DNA of 63,170 nt, filler included, from Octopus bimaculoides (Eukaryota): assembly GCF_001194135.2 (NCBI RefSeq). It is 5 parts of 4 records of this genome, joined end to end, with 100 filler letters (N's around TTAATTAATTAA, not from the genome) between each part and the next. Parts side by side here need not be neighbours in the genome. Positions count along the whole stretch, not along the records: positions 1 to 30,197 come from NC_068983.1; 4 more parts are not named here. One strand, 5' to 3'. Below the pieces are notes generated by a model, which saw only the letters and a program-made list of their open reading frames with translations, ran no database searches and was not told the DNA's origin. A program made the translations under genes and the position numbers. Below are positions 1 to 13,259 of this stretch, piece by piece; position 1 is the first letter of the stretch; every line of letters starts with the position of its first letter.

Positions 1-79
1 TTTGCGATGTATTTTTTCATCGTTGTCCCCACTTTTGTTTTTTTTTCTGCTTTGTTTTCGACCCCCTCGAAAAGAAAAA

Positions 80-136
80 CTCTACATTTGTATTTTGTCC
101 CCTCTGTGTTGAGCCCTGTGTGGCTAATAAAGAAAC
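80..136 (+). mobile_element. 3' tail of a SINE (family D)
   Basis: tgtcccctctgtgttgagccctgtgtggctaataaagaaa resembles the tails at 30439-30478 and 31487-31507. Confidence 0.55.
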
Positions 137-654
137 CTATCTAAGTATACATCTATGTGTTTGTCTGTCTGCCTGTTCTCTTTTTGGTTTTTGTCTATCG
201 AACGACTCGTGTATATATTCTGGCTATTACATAGATACGTGTACACATACATATGTGTGCGAGAGTGTGTGTCTGTATGTATTAATATATATATGCTTAT
301 TTGTATTTATGTATTAGCTATGTATACAACTCCATCTCTAAACCATTCCCTTCTCTCAGCTTAAATATGCGCGCGCGCGCGTGTGCATGTATGTGCGTGT
401 ATGCATATATGTATTTATGTATGTATATTTGGCGTCCCGATGCGCCTATCAGTTCGTTAATCTCGTTAATCCACTCATTATTCCTATTCTACATGCGAAG
501 CAAAAGGGATTACTTGAATTCTAAGAATCTCACTGTCAGGATTTAACCAGGTTCAAAGTAAGCTTTCTTGAATTTCCCATTTCTTTTTTTTTCCCTCTAT
601 TTCTTTCACTTTTTTCGCTTTTATTATACTTTCCGTTTCATTTCCTTTCCGTAG

Positions 655-656
655 AC

Positions 657-729
<73 letters not shown>

Positions 730-830
730 CATCTATCTATCTATCGGTCCGTCTGCCTGTCTATCTGTCTATCTTTCTGCTTATCAATCTGTTTATCTAT
801 CTATCAGTCTATCTATTTACTTATATATCT
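655..830 (+). repeat. (CTAT)n microsatellite, decaying 3'
   Basis: Directly visible tetranucleotide array. Confidence 0.95.
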
Positions 831-1422
831 ACCGTTATCTACCAGTTTATCCACCTACCTATCTATCTGTGTGTCTGTTCATTTGTATGTATATTTTGAT
901 GTACTTATTTGTTCAGTTATCCGCTTGACCCTTCGTATTCTGTATGATTGCACTATTCTATTTTTAATTATTTGAAGCCTTCTAAGTCGTGAGACATTCA
1001 GCTTTCTATAGTCAAGTCTCTTGTTACGAAGCCTATCTAAGTTGACCGTATAGATAACAAAATTGTGGCCTGTATAGCCGACGATTTAAGCTGTTGACAA
1101 CCTATGCTATCCTTATCTACAGATCTACATAATACTCTGTCTATATACGATCTTGATGACCATATAGTGCTGGTCCATGTCTACATTGGCATATTCGGGC
1201 AATCAAGTGGGTACCTGCCCGACGATTGGAAATGTCTGAGCTGGTTTGTGAGGCTTTCGCGCTCATCGCTAGTGTATGGACATACAGATGTGCATATGTC
1301 TTTGCATATATACATACAAACATACTCACACACACACACACACACAAACAGAACCACAGACACACAGACATATATTCTCGTATGCACCAATAAAAATACC
1401 ACCCTCTCCCATATATATACAC

Positions 1423-1809
1423 GCAAATGAATAATAACAGCCGATGGATACATGTCAGTTCATTACAGCTGTTTCTTACGCATTTTTAATTGATGAATGA
1501 GTACATTATATCATTGCAAAAAACTGTATTCATCAGATGATACATATAATTTCAAAATAATATAAGGACACTCCATGTACACAGTGGGAGCAAGCCTATC
1601 ACCTATCGAAGGTGTTCATCTTCGGTTGGCCCATAGGGGTGTTCCCACTGTGTTCATGGAGTGTTCTTATATTGTTTGGAAATTATATGTATCACCTGAT
1701 GAATACGGGTTTTGGGAATGATGTAGCGTAATCATTCATTTATCAAAAATGCGTAAGAAACAGCTGTAATGAACTGACATGTATTCATCGGCTGTTATTA
1801 TTCATCTGC
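1423..1809. mobile_element. Foldback / MITE-like long imperfect inverted repeat
   Basis: Arm 1423-1599 (gcaaatgaataataacagccgatggatacatgtcagttcattacagctgtttcttacgcattttt...) is the reverse complement of 1633-1809 with scattered mismatches; about 33-nt loop. Confidence 0.8.
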
Positions 1810-2060
1810 ATATAATACACCAAAGGTATTCACGACACGTCGAACATCCTAGAGTATACCAAACAACGTATGATCAACACAACATGTGCTTGGGACCAGC
1901 CACTAGACGCTAAATATTCGTAGGAGTGGTTTTCTCTGTGTGCACAAGCTGAATATTTTACGGGATATTTATTTGATTGCAGGTGGTGATCACAGGTTAA
2001 CTCAACCCTACCTGGTGCATAACATTCAAGTATTCGATTCTCTCAAGGATTCTTATTATT

Positions 2061-2132
<72 letters not shown>

Positions 2133-2699
2133 CGATGCATATGCATGCCTGTATACCAAGGCCTGCTCTTCTGTGCTTCCACTCGTATCCTTTAAAAAGT
2201 TTATAAAGTGATGTATATATATATTCTAACTTGCTTATGCACATATTGCTATATTCGTATATTGTTTACACACACACACATACACACACACACACACACA
2301 CACTCACGCACATTATATATCTTTAAAGCTGGATATACTTCTGGAAAAATGCATAATCCTTATGCATTCATCTGGATGCGTAGGCAACGTCATGTAATTA
2401 CGTGCATGCATTTGCATAAGTATAATGATATAACTTAGAGACAAATATCCACGCTTGCAACAGGCAATAAACCCAACGTATTGTAACATAATCCCCTCAA
2501 CACTGACATTTCCAAAAGACCTAGTTTAAAATTTCTTATTAGGAAAACTAATAACACCCACATCGATTTAACCTATCTGACCTATGCTCTTTGACCTATG
2601 TTGATTTATCAGCAAAAATTCTTGTGTTAACCCTAAAACACCACAAAAACCAACTTTCTATACAACGAAGGTCTTGACACGTCTATCATTTTCTTTTTA

Positions 2700-2880
2700 C
2701 CATTTGCTTGTGTTAAACGTCGGACTGCTACCAAGCTGGGTTTCCACCTCGAATGGTTTTGTCGAACAAACCGAGTACAGTAATCAGTTTGGTACTCATT
2801 CCGTCAGTCGCTTTCATCGAACTGCTAGTTTACAGTGGCGTAAACATCGGTTATCAAGCGACGGTAGGGAACAAACACAA
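2700..2880 (-). mobile_element. Degenerate SINE family A fragment
   Basis: Weak similarity (gtcgaacaaaccg...cgtaaacatcggttatcaagcgacggtagggaacaaacaca) to the copy at 12825-13233. Confidence 0.5.
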
Positions 2881-3078
2881 AGATATGTACACTTACATGC
2901 ACATACATACATACATTTAAACATACATACATACGTATACACACATACATACATACGTATACACACATACATACATACGTATACACACATACATACATAT
3001 ATGAGTATGTATATATATGAATGTATTTATGCATATATATATATAATTATACACATAAATATGCATATATATACATAC

Positions 3079-3126
<48 letters not shown>

Positions 3127-3836
3127 TAATAGAAAGAAAGGAATTTTGATTATCCCCACGTAGTAAGTTGTAATATTTATAAGAAACTAAAGAAGGAAAA
3201 TGCACACACTTTACATAATTTCATATATTTTTTAATATGTATTAGATTGTGTTTGTCGACTGGTTTCGCTTTCGCAAATCATGACATAAAAATTATTTTA
3301 ATTGCGTATTTTCTCAAGAAATATTTTTTTCTTTGACCATGTTGTGTGTCAACAATCACAGTACAAAAGGTGCCNNNNNNNNNNNNNNNNNNNNNNNNNN
3401 NNNNNNNNNNNNNNNNNNNNNNNNNNNNNNNNNNNNNNNNNNNNNNNNNNNNNNNNNNNNNNNNNNNNNNNNNNNNNNNNNNNNNNNNNNNNNNNNNNNN
3501 NNNNNNNNNNNNNNNNNNNNNNNNNNNNNNNNNNNNNNNNNNNNNNNNNNNNNNNNNNNNNNNNNNNNNNNNNNNNNNNNNNNNNNNNNNNNNNNNNNNN
3601 NNNNNNNNNNNNNNNNNNNNNNNNNNNNNNNNNNNNNNNNNNNNNNNNNNNNNNNNNNNNNNNNNNNNNNNNNNNNNNNNNNNNNNNNNNNNNNNNNNNN
3701 NNNNNNNNNNNNNNNNNNNNNNNNNNNNNNNNNNNNNNNNNNNNNNNNNNNNNNNNNNNNNNNNNNNNNNNNNNNNNNNNNNNNNNNNNNNNNNNNNNNN
3801 NNNNNNNNNNNNNNNNNNNNNNNNNNNNNNNNNNNN

Positions 3837-3896
<60 letters not shown>

Positions 3897-6832
3897 GCTC
3901 AACCATTTATACTTCATTGCACGAACATACACATTGGAGCAATGATACAGCTAATTACACGAATACAGACCACTCTTCTCCTTTTTTTCTCTCTCTCTAT
4001 ATGTGTGTGTGTGTGTGCGTGTGCGTGTGCGTTTGTGCGTGTGCGTGTGTGTGTACGAGTGTGTGCGAGTTTGTATGTATGTATATATGTATATATACAC
4101 ACACATATATAGATAGACAGGCAAATAGATAGATAGGTATGTATGTCTGTATGGATGTGTGTGTGCGTGTGCGTGTGCGTGTGCGTGTGTGTGTGTGTGC
4201 GTGTGTGTGTGTGTGTGTGATTGTATGTAAATTCACATACATAGACGCACAAATACTGCAGATACGTTTTCACTTCTGATATCCACATACTAAATTCTTA
4301 TTTCCTTCCTAACATACTGGTGCGCGTATAGAAAACGTACACAGACAAATATTTGTGAGCAAGTCTGTGCGCTTTATTTACATGTATGGGCACATAAGCA
4401 TCTAGATATTAATGTCTTTGGACAGAAAGTTTTCATTCAGACGCGTTTGTGGCAAAAACAGAAGTTAGTTCCTAGTGTTGACGAGTTTTATGTTAACATT
4501 ACTACGTTACTTAACGAAACCAGCAGAAAAGAAAAAAAAAAATGTAAAGTAAAATCATTCTTTATTTCTTATGGCTTACCAGAGGAAATTTCAAACGGAG
4601 AATTGACAACTATTTATGTACATATATACATGNNNNNNNNNNNNNNNNNNNNNNNNNNNNNNNNNNNNNNNNNNNNNNNNNNNNNNNNNNNNNNNNNNNN
4701 NNNNNNNNNNNNNNNNNNNNNNNNNNNNNNNNNNNNNNNNNNNNNNNNNNNNNNNNNNNNNNNNNNNNNNNNNNNNNNNNNNNNNNNNNNNNNNNNNNNN
4801 NNNNNNNNNNNNNNNNNNNNNNNNNNNNNNNNNNNNNNNNNNNNNNNNNNNNNNNNNNNNNNNNNNNNNNNNNNNNNNNNNNNNNNNNNNNNNNNNNNNN
4901 NNNNNNNNNNNNNNNNNNNNNNNNNNNNNNNNNNNNNNNNNNNNNNNNNNNNNNNNNNNNNNNNNNNNNNNNNNNNNNNNNNNNNNNNNNNNNNNNNNNN
5001 NNNNNNNNNNNNNNNNNNNNNNNNNNNNNNNNNNNNNNNNNNNNNNNNNNNNNNNNNNNNNNNNNNNNNNNNNNNNNNNNNNNNNNNNNNNNNNNNNNNN
5101 NNNNNNNNNNNNNNNNNNNNNNNNNNNNNNNNNNNNNNNNNNNNNNNNNNNNNNNNNNNNNNNNNNNNNNNNNNNNNNNNNNNNNNNNNNNNNNNNNNNN
5201 NNNNNNNNNNNNNNNNNNNNNNNNNNNNNNNNNNNNNNNNNNNNNNNNNNNNNNNNNNNNNNNNNNNNNNNNNNNNNNNNNNNNNNNNNNNNNNNNNNNN
5301 NNNNNNNNNNNNNNNNNNNNNNNNNNNNNNNNNNNNNNNNNNNNNNNNNNNNNNNNNNNNNNNNNNNNNNNNNNNNNNNNNNNNNNNNNNNNNNNNNNNN
5401 NNNNNNNNNNNNNNNNNNNNNNNNNNNNNNNNNNNNNNNNNNNNNNNNNNNNNNNATATATATATGTTATGCCTGCATGTGTGCATGTGTGTGTGTATGT
5501 ATCTATATGTAAGATATATGCAAACCAGACATAGCTAAAAGCAGAGAGCAATAAACAATTGTGGTTAGAATTTCTTCAGTGCAGTTTAAGTAGAGGAAGG
5601 TTGAAACGACTACACACACATAGACAAACACACACACACACACACACACACAACACACACACGCACACACACACACACATACACACACATACACATGCAT
5701 CCAAACCCCAACACACACGCTCTCACACATTCTCATATATATGAGCATGTATCTTTATACATGTTGATACTTGTAACCCAGCATTCACTCTTTTACTCTC
5801 TCTAACACACCTATTTGCTTAAATATCCAAGTACACATACCTTATATATATNNNNNNNNNNNNNNNNNNNNNNNNNNNNNNNNNNNNNNNNNNNNNNNNN
5901 NNNNNNNNNNNNNNNNNNNNNNNNNNNNNNNNNNNNNNNNNNNNNNNNNNNNNNNNNNNNNNNNNNNNNNNNNNNNNNNNNNNNNNNNNNNNNNNNNNNN
6001 NNNNNNNNNNNNNNNNNNNNNNNNNNNNNNNNNNNNNNNNNNNNNNNNNNNNNNNNNNNNNNNNNNNNNNNNNNNNNNNNNNNNNNNNNNNNNNNNNNNN
6101 NNNNNNNNNNNNNNNNNNNNNNNNNNNNNNNNNNNNNNNNNNNNNNNNNNNNNNNNNNNNNNNNNNNNNNNNNNNNNNNNNNNNNNNNNNNNNNNNNNNN
6201 NNNNNNNNNNNNNNNNNNNNNNNNNNNNNNNNNNNNNNNNNNNNNNNNNNNNNNNNNNNNNNNNNNNNNNNNNNNNNNNNNNNNNNNNNNNNNNNNNNNN
6301 NNNNNNNNNNNNNNNNNNNNNNNNNNNNNNNNNNNNNNNNNNNNNNNNNNNNNNNNNNNNNNNNNNNNNNNNNNNNNNNNNNNNNNNNNNNNNNNNNNNN
6401 NNNNNNNNNNNNNNNNNNNNNNNNNNNNNNNNNNNNNNNNNNNNNNNNNNNNNNNNNNNNNNNNNNNNNNNNNNNNNNNNNNNNNNNNNNNNNNNNNNTA
6501 TATATACATACCTACAATATATATTTGTAAATATATATATATATATACCTATAGATATATACACACATTTATGCATATATATATTTGCAGTTATATATAT
6601 GTATATACACACAGAATGATATATTGACTTATACACCTGCTCAAGTAGACATGTTCAAAAATTTTAACCACTTCACATGCATGCGCCTACTAGTATATAT
6701 CTATCTATCTGTATATAAATATATATACATATGTTTGTGTATACATACATGCATTTATATATATATATTATATATATATTTATGCTTATATACATATCTG
6801 TGTATTATTTTTGGTGCATGTATGTATGCGTG

Positions 6833-6877
<45 letters not shown>

Positions 6878-7789
6878 TATACATACATATAAACCGTGTC
6901 CATATGTACTCGATTTCAAAAATATCAATATTCCTTCCTAAAAATCTATAGACCTACTGTGAATTTTAGAGTGATGCGTGATTGGGCCGGAAGTCTAAAC
7001 CACGTTATCTGTAAAGTTCAATCCAGTGTAAATAAATGCAAAAACACGCACACACGTGTACTCAAACACACATTCACACATACACAAGTACTCAAAAATA
7101 TACAACACATACAGAGAATGATACACGTCCCCCAAAATTCATTCTACAGTGTCAGCACAGTAGCATGCACATACATTGTTAAACGTTTCATATTTCCACG
7201 CATGCGTGCGTTTCCTCAAAACAGGCGAACACGAAGACACACCGCCCACATATATAAAAGCAGTGATTTCGCGTATCAAGTGTTTCATTCTGGACACATG
7301 AATCTTCTCTTGAGAGCGCCGTTTAATGTTTGATAGTTTAGAAAGTGCTTCCTTTTATGTTCACAAATATATATTCACATGAAAGATTCGACACACTGGT
7401 GCAAATGCATAATATATTCTTTAATGTTATTGTTGTAATATTGATCACTTATATGGGTCCAAAGCATCATATCAACCCCCACCATACTTGACACATTCAT
7501 TATTTTATGGAGACCCTCTACGATGGAAAGTAATGTTTACTTCGATGAGATTTAAACTCAGAGCTAAGTAGTCATAATTAAATAACACAAGTCATTTTAT
7601 CCGACGTCTTAACGATCATGTGAAATGATCTATGGCTGATGTTTACTGCTATTACAAATTAACGTATATAGGGCGATGACCTGGCAGATTTGTAGACTCG
7701 CTGGTCAAAATTCATAGTGGCATTTCGTACGGAGTGCATAGTGGTAGAATTTAGTTGGTAAACATATACATGCTTATATGCATACAAAT

Positions 7790-7950
7790 ATCCATACATA
7801 CATGCATACTACATGCTTACATACAAGCATACATACATACATACATACATACATACATACATACATGCATACATACATTCATACATACATACATACATAC
7901 ATACATACATAAATACATACATACATGCATGCATGCATACATACATATTC
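7790..7950 (+). repeat. (ATAC)n microsatellite
   Basis: Directly visible. Confidence 0.95.
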
Positions 7951-8215
7951 ATACCAATAATAATTGGAGTACTATGTTTTGGTAGTAAATGCTTAAAGGG
8001 GAATCTAGATAAACTGGGATTTTCAGAAAGAGAAATCGTCCGGCTAATTCGTATATTAGAAGTGCAATTTGTGAGTGGAACAGTAACGATATGCAAGACT
8101 TTTCTCAAGTTCCAAATGTGAATTTGTCTGTGTTAACTACATTTCAAAGATGGAGCCTTGTATCTTTGTTGGAAACCGGCTCCCTCCTCAGTGGAAGATT
8201 TATAATAATTAAAAA
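7951..8215 (+). mobile_element. 3' end of an R2-superfamily (RLE-type) non-LTR retrotransposon, copy 1
   Basis: IPIIIGVLCFGSKCLKGNLDKLGFSEREIVRLIRILEVQFVSGTVTICKTFLKFQM* resembles the RLE C-terminal 'PIVIGALG...GT..I' pattern; the 3'UTR motif ggagccttgtatctttgttggaaaccggctc recurs at about 10438. Confidence 0.65.
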
Positions 8216-8485
8216 AATAGAAGAGACATACATTCATGCATACCTACGTACATACGTACGTACATACATACATACATTCATACATACATACATGCATACA
8301 TACAACCTGATTTGAAGTCTACAGATGCAAGGCATCGCTGGAACTGTAAAAATATGTAAAACTTTCCAGAAGTTTATTATTTAAGTATATAAGAGCCTGT
8401 TTAGATATGCAGCTTTATGCATGAGAAGACATACATAAAACAAAGCACACAAATCTGCACGTATTCTTACATACATACAAAAATA

Positions 8486-10397
8486 GGATCTAAGACAATT
8501 CGCCGTAAGACAATTCACCGTACGGATATTTTGCGGCAAGGACATTTTGTGGTAAAGCACAAGAAGAGAAGGATATAAATAAGATAAAAATAATGAAGAT
8601 CATACACTTTATTTAAAAGGTTAGGCTAAAAAACTAAAATGCTAAGAATCATGTAAGTTCATTGAAATTGCATGCGAATAATGTTGTTTTTGAGAATGCT
8701 TAGTATGCGCTAATAAATATCTTAGTAATTTTTCTTGGTTTCAGTTTCTCCTCTTGCTGCATCGTTTACTTTCTTTTTAGAAAGAGATTCTTCATTGTCA
8801 AGACTTTGTTAAGTTTCTAGAAATTTGGATGAGTATTTGTAACGGATGCTTGCAGCGCTTTATGGAAACCTTCTAATCGATTGTTGATGTCAGCCAACTG
8901 ATTTAGGATTCTTTCATACATATTCTAAAGACCGATAGGAAAAAATAGGAGGAACTCTACGTCTACGAGCTCCTATGCCCCCCCCCACCGATGTAATGCG
9001 TTTCAAAATATGCCGCAAGTTCTTGCGAAAAGTCATCGTCATCCATAAGCTCTAAAAATGCATTGATGGTGAATGGAGGGGGCGATGAATGCGAGTGCAT
9101 GAAGGCACTTTATTTTTGTGTTAAAATCACTGATATCTCACCTTAAGCCCAATATCTGTCGCCTTTCCGTAAACATTTTTACAGAAATGAAAAAATAAGT
9201 CTGTTATATTTGCAGATAGAAAATTGTCGGAAAAACTTAGGAAACTAGCTTGTTCAAATTTAGTCATAAGATTTTCCAGTCTTAGGGATTGGAGCGAATC
9301 TTTAACTTTTTGAAAAAACCTATTGTATGTATCAAGAGTTTCATTCGGAAGGAGACCTTAAATTCGAAGGATGCATGCATGTCCTATATTGATATGTAGA
9401 GTATAACTGATAATACATTTCTGGATAAACCTTAAATGCTCCATCACATGCCCAATCCTTATATATTTCTAAATCGTGCAACCCTGCAGTCGTACCAAAA
9501 GTCAACATTTTATTTTCGTCTTCCACCCGAATATCGTAGAGTAAAATCTACCTCTGTTTTGTAGCCACGTAAATTCTTCGGGAATTACATATTCTTGTTC
9601 TAGGTATAGGAGGGACCTTTTCTTTCTTTTGTTGTCATCTTCTAATGTTTCTTGATAAACATAAAGTTGATGGCATAAGAGAGCGTCCGTCATCCTCTAA
9701 TTTCCTATATGCGACACCAACCAAAGATCTTGAAGCTAACTGGGATTTAAGTGCATTTTCGTTCATATTCGCTATTGCTACTTGCATTTTTGGTTGGCTG
9801 GGATTCGATGCTCACTTATACAATTTTACAAATAGAAATCACTTCCCTATTCAATTTTGTATGAGCTCTTGCTTTACAGTTTGTATTAACACACTTCCAA
9901 TAAATCTGGATTCTATATTTTCTTTTTTGCCTATAAATAAAGTTAGTTTCATCTACGAGCTTATCACAACCACTGTAGTTTTCAATAGTGTACGGCATCG
10001 TAAGGGTTTCGGTTTCAAACTTTTAAAGAAAAATAATGTAAATAATGTAAACGGTTGCGCTAACCTCTCAAAACAAGCTTTTTGCTTTTGAATTTTCAAG
10101 GTAAGCTTGTTATTTTGAATTAAATATTAAACGACCTTTCTGTTTTTAAATTCCCACTTTAGCAATTAACAATGCAGTTTCAAATGTAAAAGACCATTCT
10201 GTTTTTAGATTATCATTTCAGTAATTACCGAAAATGACTGCTGTAAATACTATTACTTTATCTACCTTATTTAATTAACGACGCAATTTCAAAATGTCTT
10301 TGCAGCGAAACATCTGTACGGTGAATTGTCTTATCACGAATAATCCTTCGGTCAATTGTCCTACGGCGGATTTGCTTACGGCAAATTGTCCGGTCAC
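8486..10397 (-). mobile_element. Full-length Mutator-superfamily (Phantom-like) DNA transposon
   Basis: Identical 10-bp TSD TACAAAAATA at 8476-8485 and 10398-10407; inverted ends gacaattcgccgtaag / cttacggcaaattgtc with tandem subterminal repeats; internal transposase remnant. Confidence 0.9.
8640..9998 (-). pseudogene. Disrupted FLYWCH + MULE transposase
   Basis: FLYWCH-like FIYRQKRKYRIQIYWKCVNTNCKARAH; MULE motifs WACDGAFKVYPEMYYQLY, LFFHFCKNVY, YFETHYIG, PPIFPIG, INNRLEGFH; several stops and frameshifts. Confidence 0.88.
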
Positions 10398-11649
10398 TAC
10401 AAAAATATCCTGTTGTTGATGTTGAAATTCTAGTGAAGGAGCCTTGGATCTGGGTTAGAAACCAGCTCTTTCTGAATTGGCAATAAACCTTGAAATAAAA
10501 CTGAATAATTACATACATGATTGTTGGAAAGATCTGTCGGTAGGTTTATCAAAGAGAACAAAATGATACTGGAACAACAATCTTCAACATTTATTGTCCG
10601 GAATCTCTTATTATTCCCACCAATTTTTCACTAAAATATACAGGCGCTTGTATTTCATATAATTACTTAAGTAAAGTTTGATGATTGTTTAATTAAGAAT
10701 TTGTAGAGGAAGGTAATCACCTTTGGTTCGGGAAAAAAAATAAACCCTAAAAGGCTTCGGAACGAAAGACACTGAAAAAAATCAATGTGGTACCTGTACT
10801 GTGATACCCAACCACTTAGAATTCAGTGGAAAGCAGCTATATTCTTTGAGAAGAAATATACTGCACTTCTCCAGAAAATAAACAACCCATTAATGTGAAT
10901 GGTAAATAACAGTATAAAGCACCCAGTAGATTCTGCCCTTGAGAAAATTACTAAAAATTTGGACTACAACGAAAACAAAATCGATAACAATAACACAGAG
11001 TTAGAGTTGCAGCCATTTAACAGAAAAACGTTAGCCGCTACCGAATTGATCGAAACGAGGGAAGAATACAAACAAGTAAAAACACAGCTAACAACTCGCA
11101 GCAGGATTTGAGGAGGTCCTCGTTATTTACATCAAGCTACAAAATGGAAGACTGATTACAGCATGAGTCAATAGAAAGCCTAACGATTTCATATTATATT
11201 ATTCGTAATTGATCAAGTTGATTAAAACTATCATGTATAAATTCAATTTCACAGTATTCAGACACTGACCACTATGTTGTTGTAGTTACCAATCGCCAAA
11301 AGACGGAGATATCTAAGACTGCCTGAACGCATAAGGAAAATGGACAACCTATCTTTTTACCGTGGTCATTGGTTATTCTAGATTGGTAGTCTTCATGACA
11401 ACCTGATCAAGTTCTTCGTGGACTGAGCTACTATACTCGAGCCCATTACAATCTTTCTCCCCCTCACTGAAGTTGTCCTTACCATCAGCTGCTTCTCCAC
11501 TGGTGTGGATGAGGGTGCTTGGATTTGCTCTGAGTGCATTAACCTGTTTGTTGTTTACCTTGAGACCCAAATCTTCAATTGTTTCATCAGTCTCCGTCCC
11601 AGATTTATATGGTTATAATGTGTATATTGCCATCACTTTACCTGAAAAA

Positions 11650-12290
11650 CACGCCCATCTCTTTCACTACCTCCATTAACCACTTTCCTTTTATCTTTCC
11701 AGCTCTTAACACTTAACAAACTTCTTACACATCTTTGTTTCAATTAATCAACCCAAACTCTCCACTACTCTCTTTTATAAACCTGCAGTCCCTCATTCAT
11801 ACCTCAATTTCTCAATGTCTCGTCTCATTTGCTCTAAATCAGGTAAGGGCTTCTAAAAGTTTTTCCCAGGCTATGCCCTCTGTAGCTAGACTCTGATTTC
11901 AAGGTCAGGTCTTACCAAATGGTCTACTTTTCTCTCCAACGAGCATACCTCCAGTCAGTGGTATATGTCCTTACCTCTAGTTCGATATCCCCGACAACAC
12001 CCATCCCATTCTCTCCTCCATTCACATTTTATCCCACCACTCAACCTCTTCACCACGCAATTAGACATATAACATATGTCTATGTCTATGACATTAGATA
12101 TATGTTTCCCCAAAACTGACTTTACCACTGTCATTCCTGAACATGTTCATTTCTTCAAACACTGCTATGGTAACCATAGAGGTTTAATATTCTCCCACAA
12201 TCTATCTTATTCAACGTCAAACACTTGCCTTCTTCCTCGTTTACCTTGGAAAAAATGTCACTTCATTCGGTTTCTTTGCTGACTTTCTGT
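11650..12290 (+). mobile_element. Degenerate Penelope-like element (RT C-terminus into GIY-YIG linker)
   Basis: KLSTTLFYKPAVPHSYLNFS, LQRAYLQSVV, IPFSPPFTFYPTTQPLHHAIRH follow the PLE consensus order (LSTSVYYKP.D.HSYL / RGYP..VV / PFVLTYHP). Confidence 0.7.
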
Positions 12291-12523
12291 GTTACTGAGC
12301 GTTTACTTATATCTCTAAATTTTTGAGTCTATGGAATTAAATTGTAATTCTGTGGCTTATTATAAATATAAGAGAAAGGATTTTGACTGGCAGATTTTAA
12401 GATCATGTACTGAATGCCCGGCTTGGTTGCAATGGCCCATTTAAACCCACTGCTGGCCTCTTTCAACTTTGCAACCCCCACCTTCGTTCTCTTTATCTTG
12501 TTTGAGGTCTCCAGTAACACCGT

Positions 12524-12760
12524 GGGTGCAGCCGTGTGACTTAGTAGTTGGGTGTTGCACTCATGATCGCAAGATTGTGATTTCGATTCCTAGACCGGAC
12601 GATGCGCTGTGTTGTTGAGCAAAATATTTTATTTCAAGTTGATCCGACCCACTCAGCTGGCACAAATGAATAATCCTGTGAGGGAGCAGTTTCATGTCCA
12701 GGATGAGGTGGGGAGTATAAACACTAAAGAAACCGGAAAAACAGTCTTATGAGTTTATAT
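12524..12760 (+). mobile_element. tRNA-headed SINE family C
   Basis: A/B-box-like head (gtgtgacttagtagttggg...gatttcgattcc) and body cccactcagctgg shared with 43950-44225 and 62720-62932. Confidence 0.65.
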
Positions 12761-12824
12761 GTCCCGATGTAAGGTACCGGACCTCTTCACAACTAAAAAA
12801 TGTTACTTCCTCGTTCCTAGTGAT

Positions 12825-13233
12825 ACTCTTTTTACTCTTTTACTCTTTTACTTGCTTCAGTCATTTGACTATGGCCATGCTGGAGCACCGCCTTTAGTTG
12901 AGAAAATCGACCCCAGGACTTATTCTTTGTAAGCCTAGTACTGATTCTATCGGTCTTTTTTGCCGAACCGCTAAGTTACGGGGACGTAAACACACCACCA
13001 TCGGTTGTCAAGCGATGCTGGGGAGACAAACACAGACACGCAAACATACACACACACATATGCATATATACGATGGGCTTCTTTCAGTTTTCGTCTACCA
13101 AATCCACTCACAAGGCTTTGGTCGCCACAAGTCTATAGTAGAAGACACTTGCCCAAGGTGCCACGCAGTAGGACTGAACCCGGAACCATGTGGTTCGTAA
13201 GCAAGATACTTACCACACAGCCACTCCTACGCC
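12825..13233 (-). mobile_element. tRNA-headed SINE family A, near full length
   Basis: Minus-strand head ggcgtaggagtggctgtgtggtaag...ggttcagtcc (A/B boxes), core-like gcaccttgggcaagtgtcttc, tail cagcatggccatagtcaaatgactgaa; many copies in the window. Confidence 0.85.
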
Positions 13234-13259
13234 TATGTTAATAATTGATTACTTTGTCT

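Larger units (their letters stand above)
8316..10510 (+). mobile_element. 3' end of the same RLE-LINE family, copy 2, split by the Mutator insertion
   Basis: SLQMQGIAGTVKICKTFQKFII* at about 8317-8385; the 3'UTR resumes after the Mutator TSD with ggagccttggatctgggttagaaaccagctc. Confidence 0.6.

Noticed and set aside
3279-6636. Long ORFs in the track containing X runs (also 14102-15686, 17981-18593, 47440-48723, 53362-54676, 60118-60778)
   Set aside because: Open only because N gaps contain no stops
11373-11570. Acidic ORF MGLKVNN...TTNLE
   Set aside because: No ATG, an in-frame stop just upstream, no splice support and no recognisable domain
13150-13233. tRNA gene calls at A/B-box sequences (also 12524, 31318, 43950, 62870)
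   Set aside because: No full cloverleaf; each continues into a SINE body
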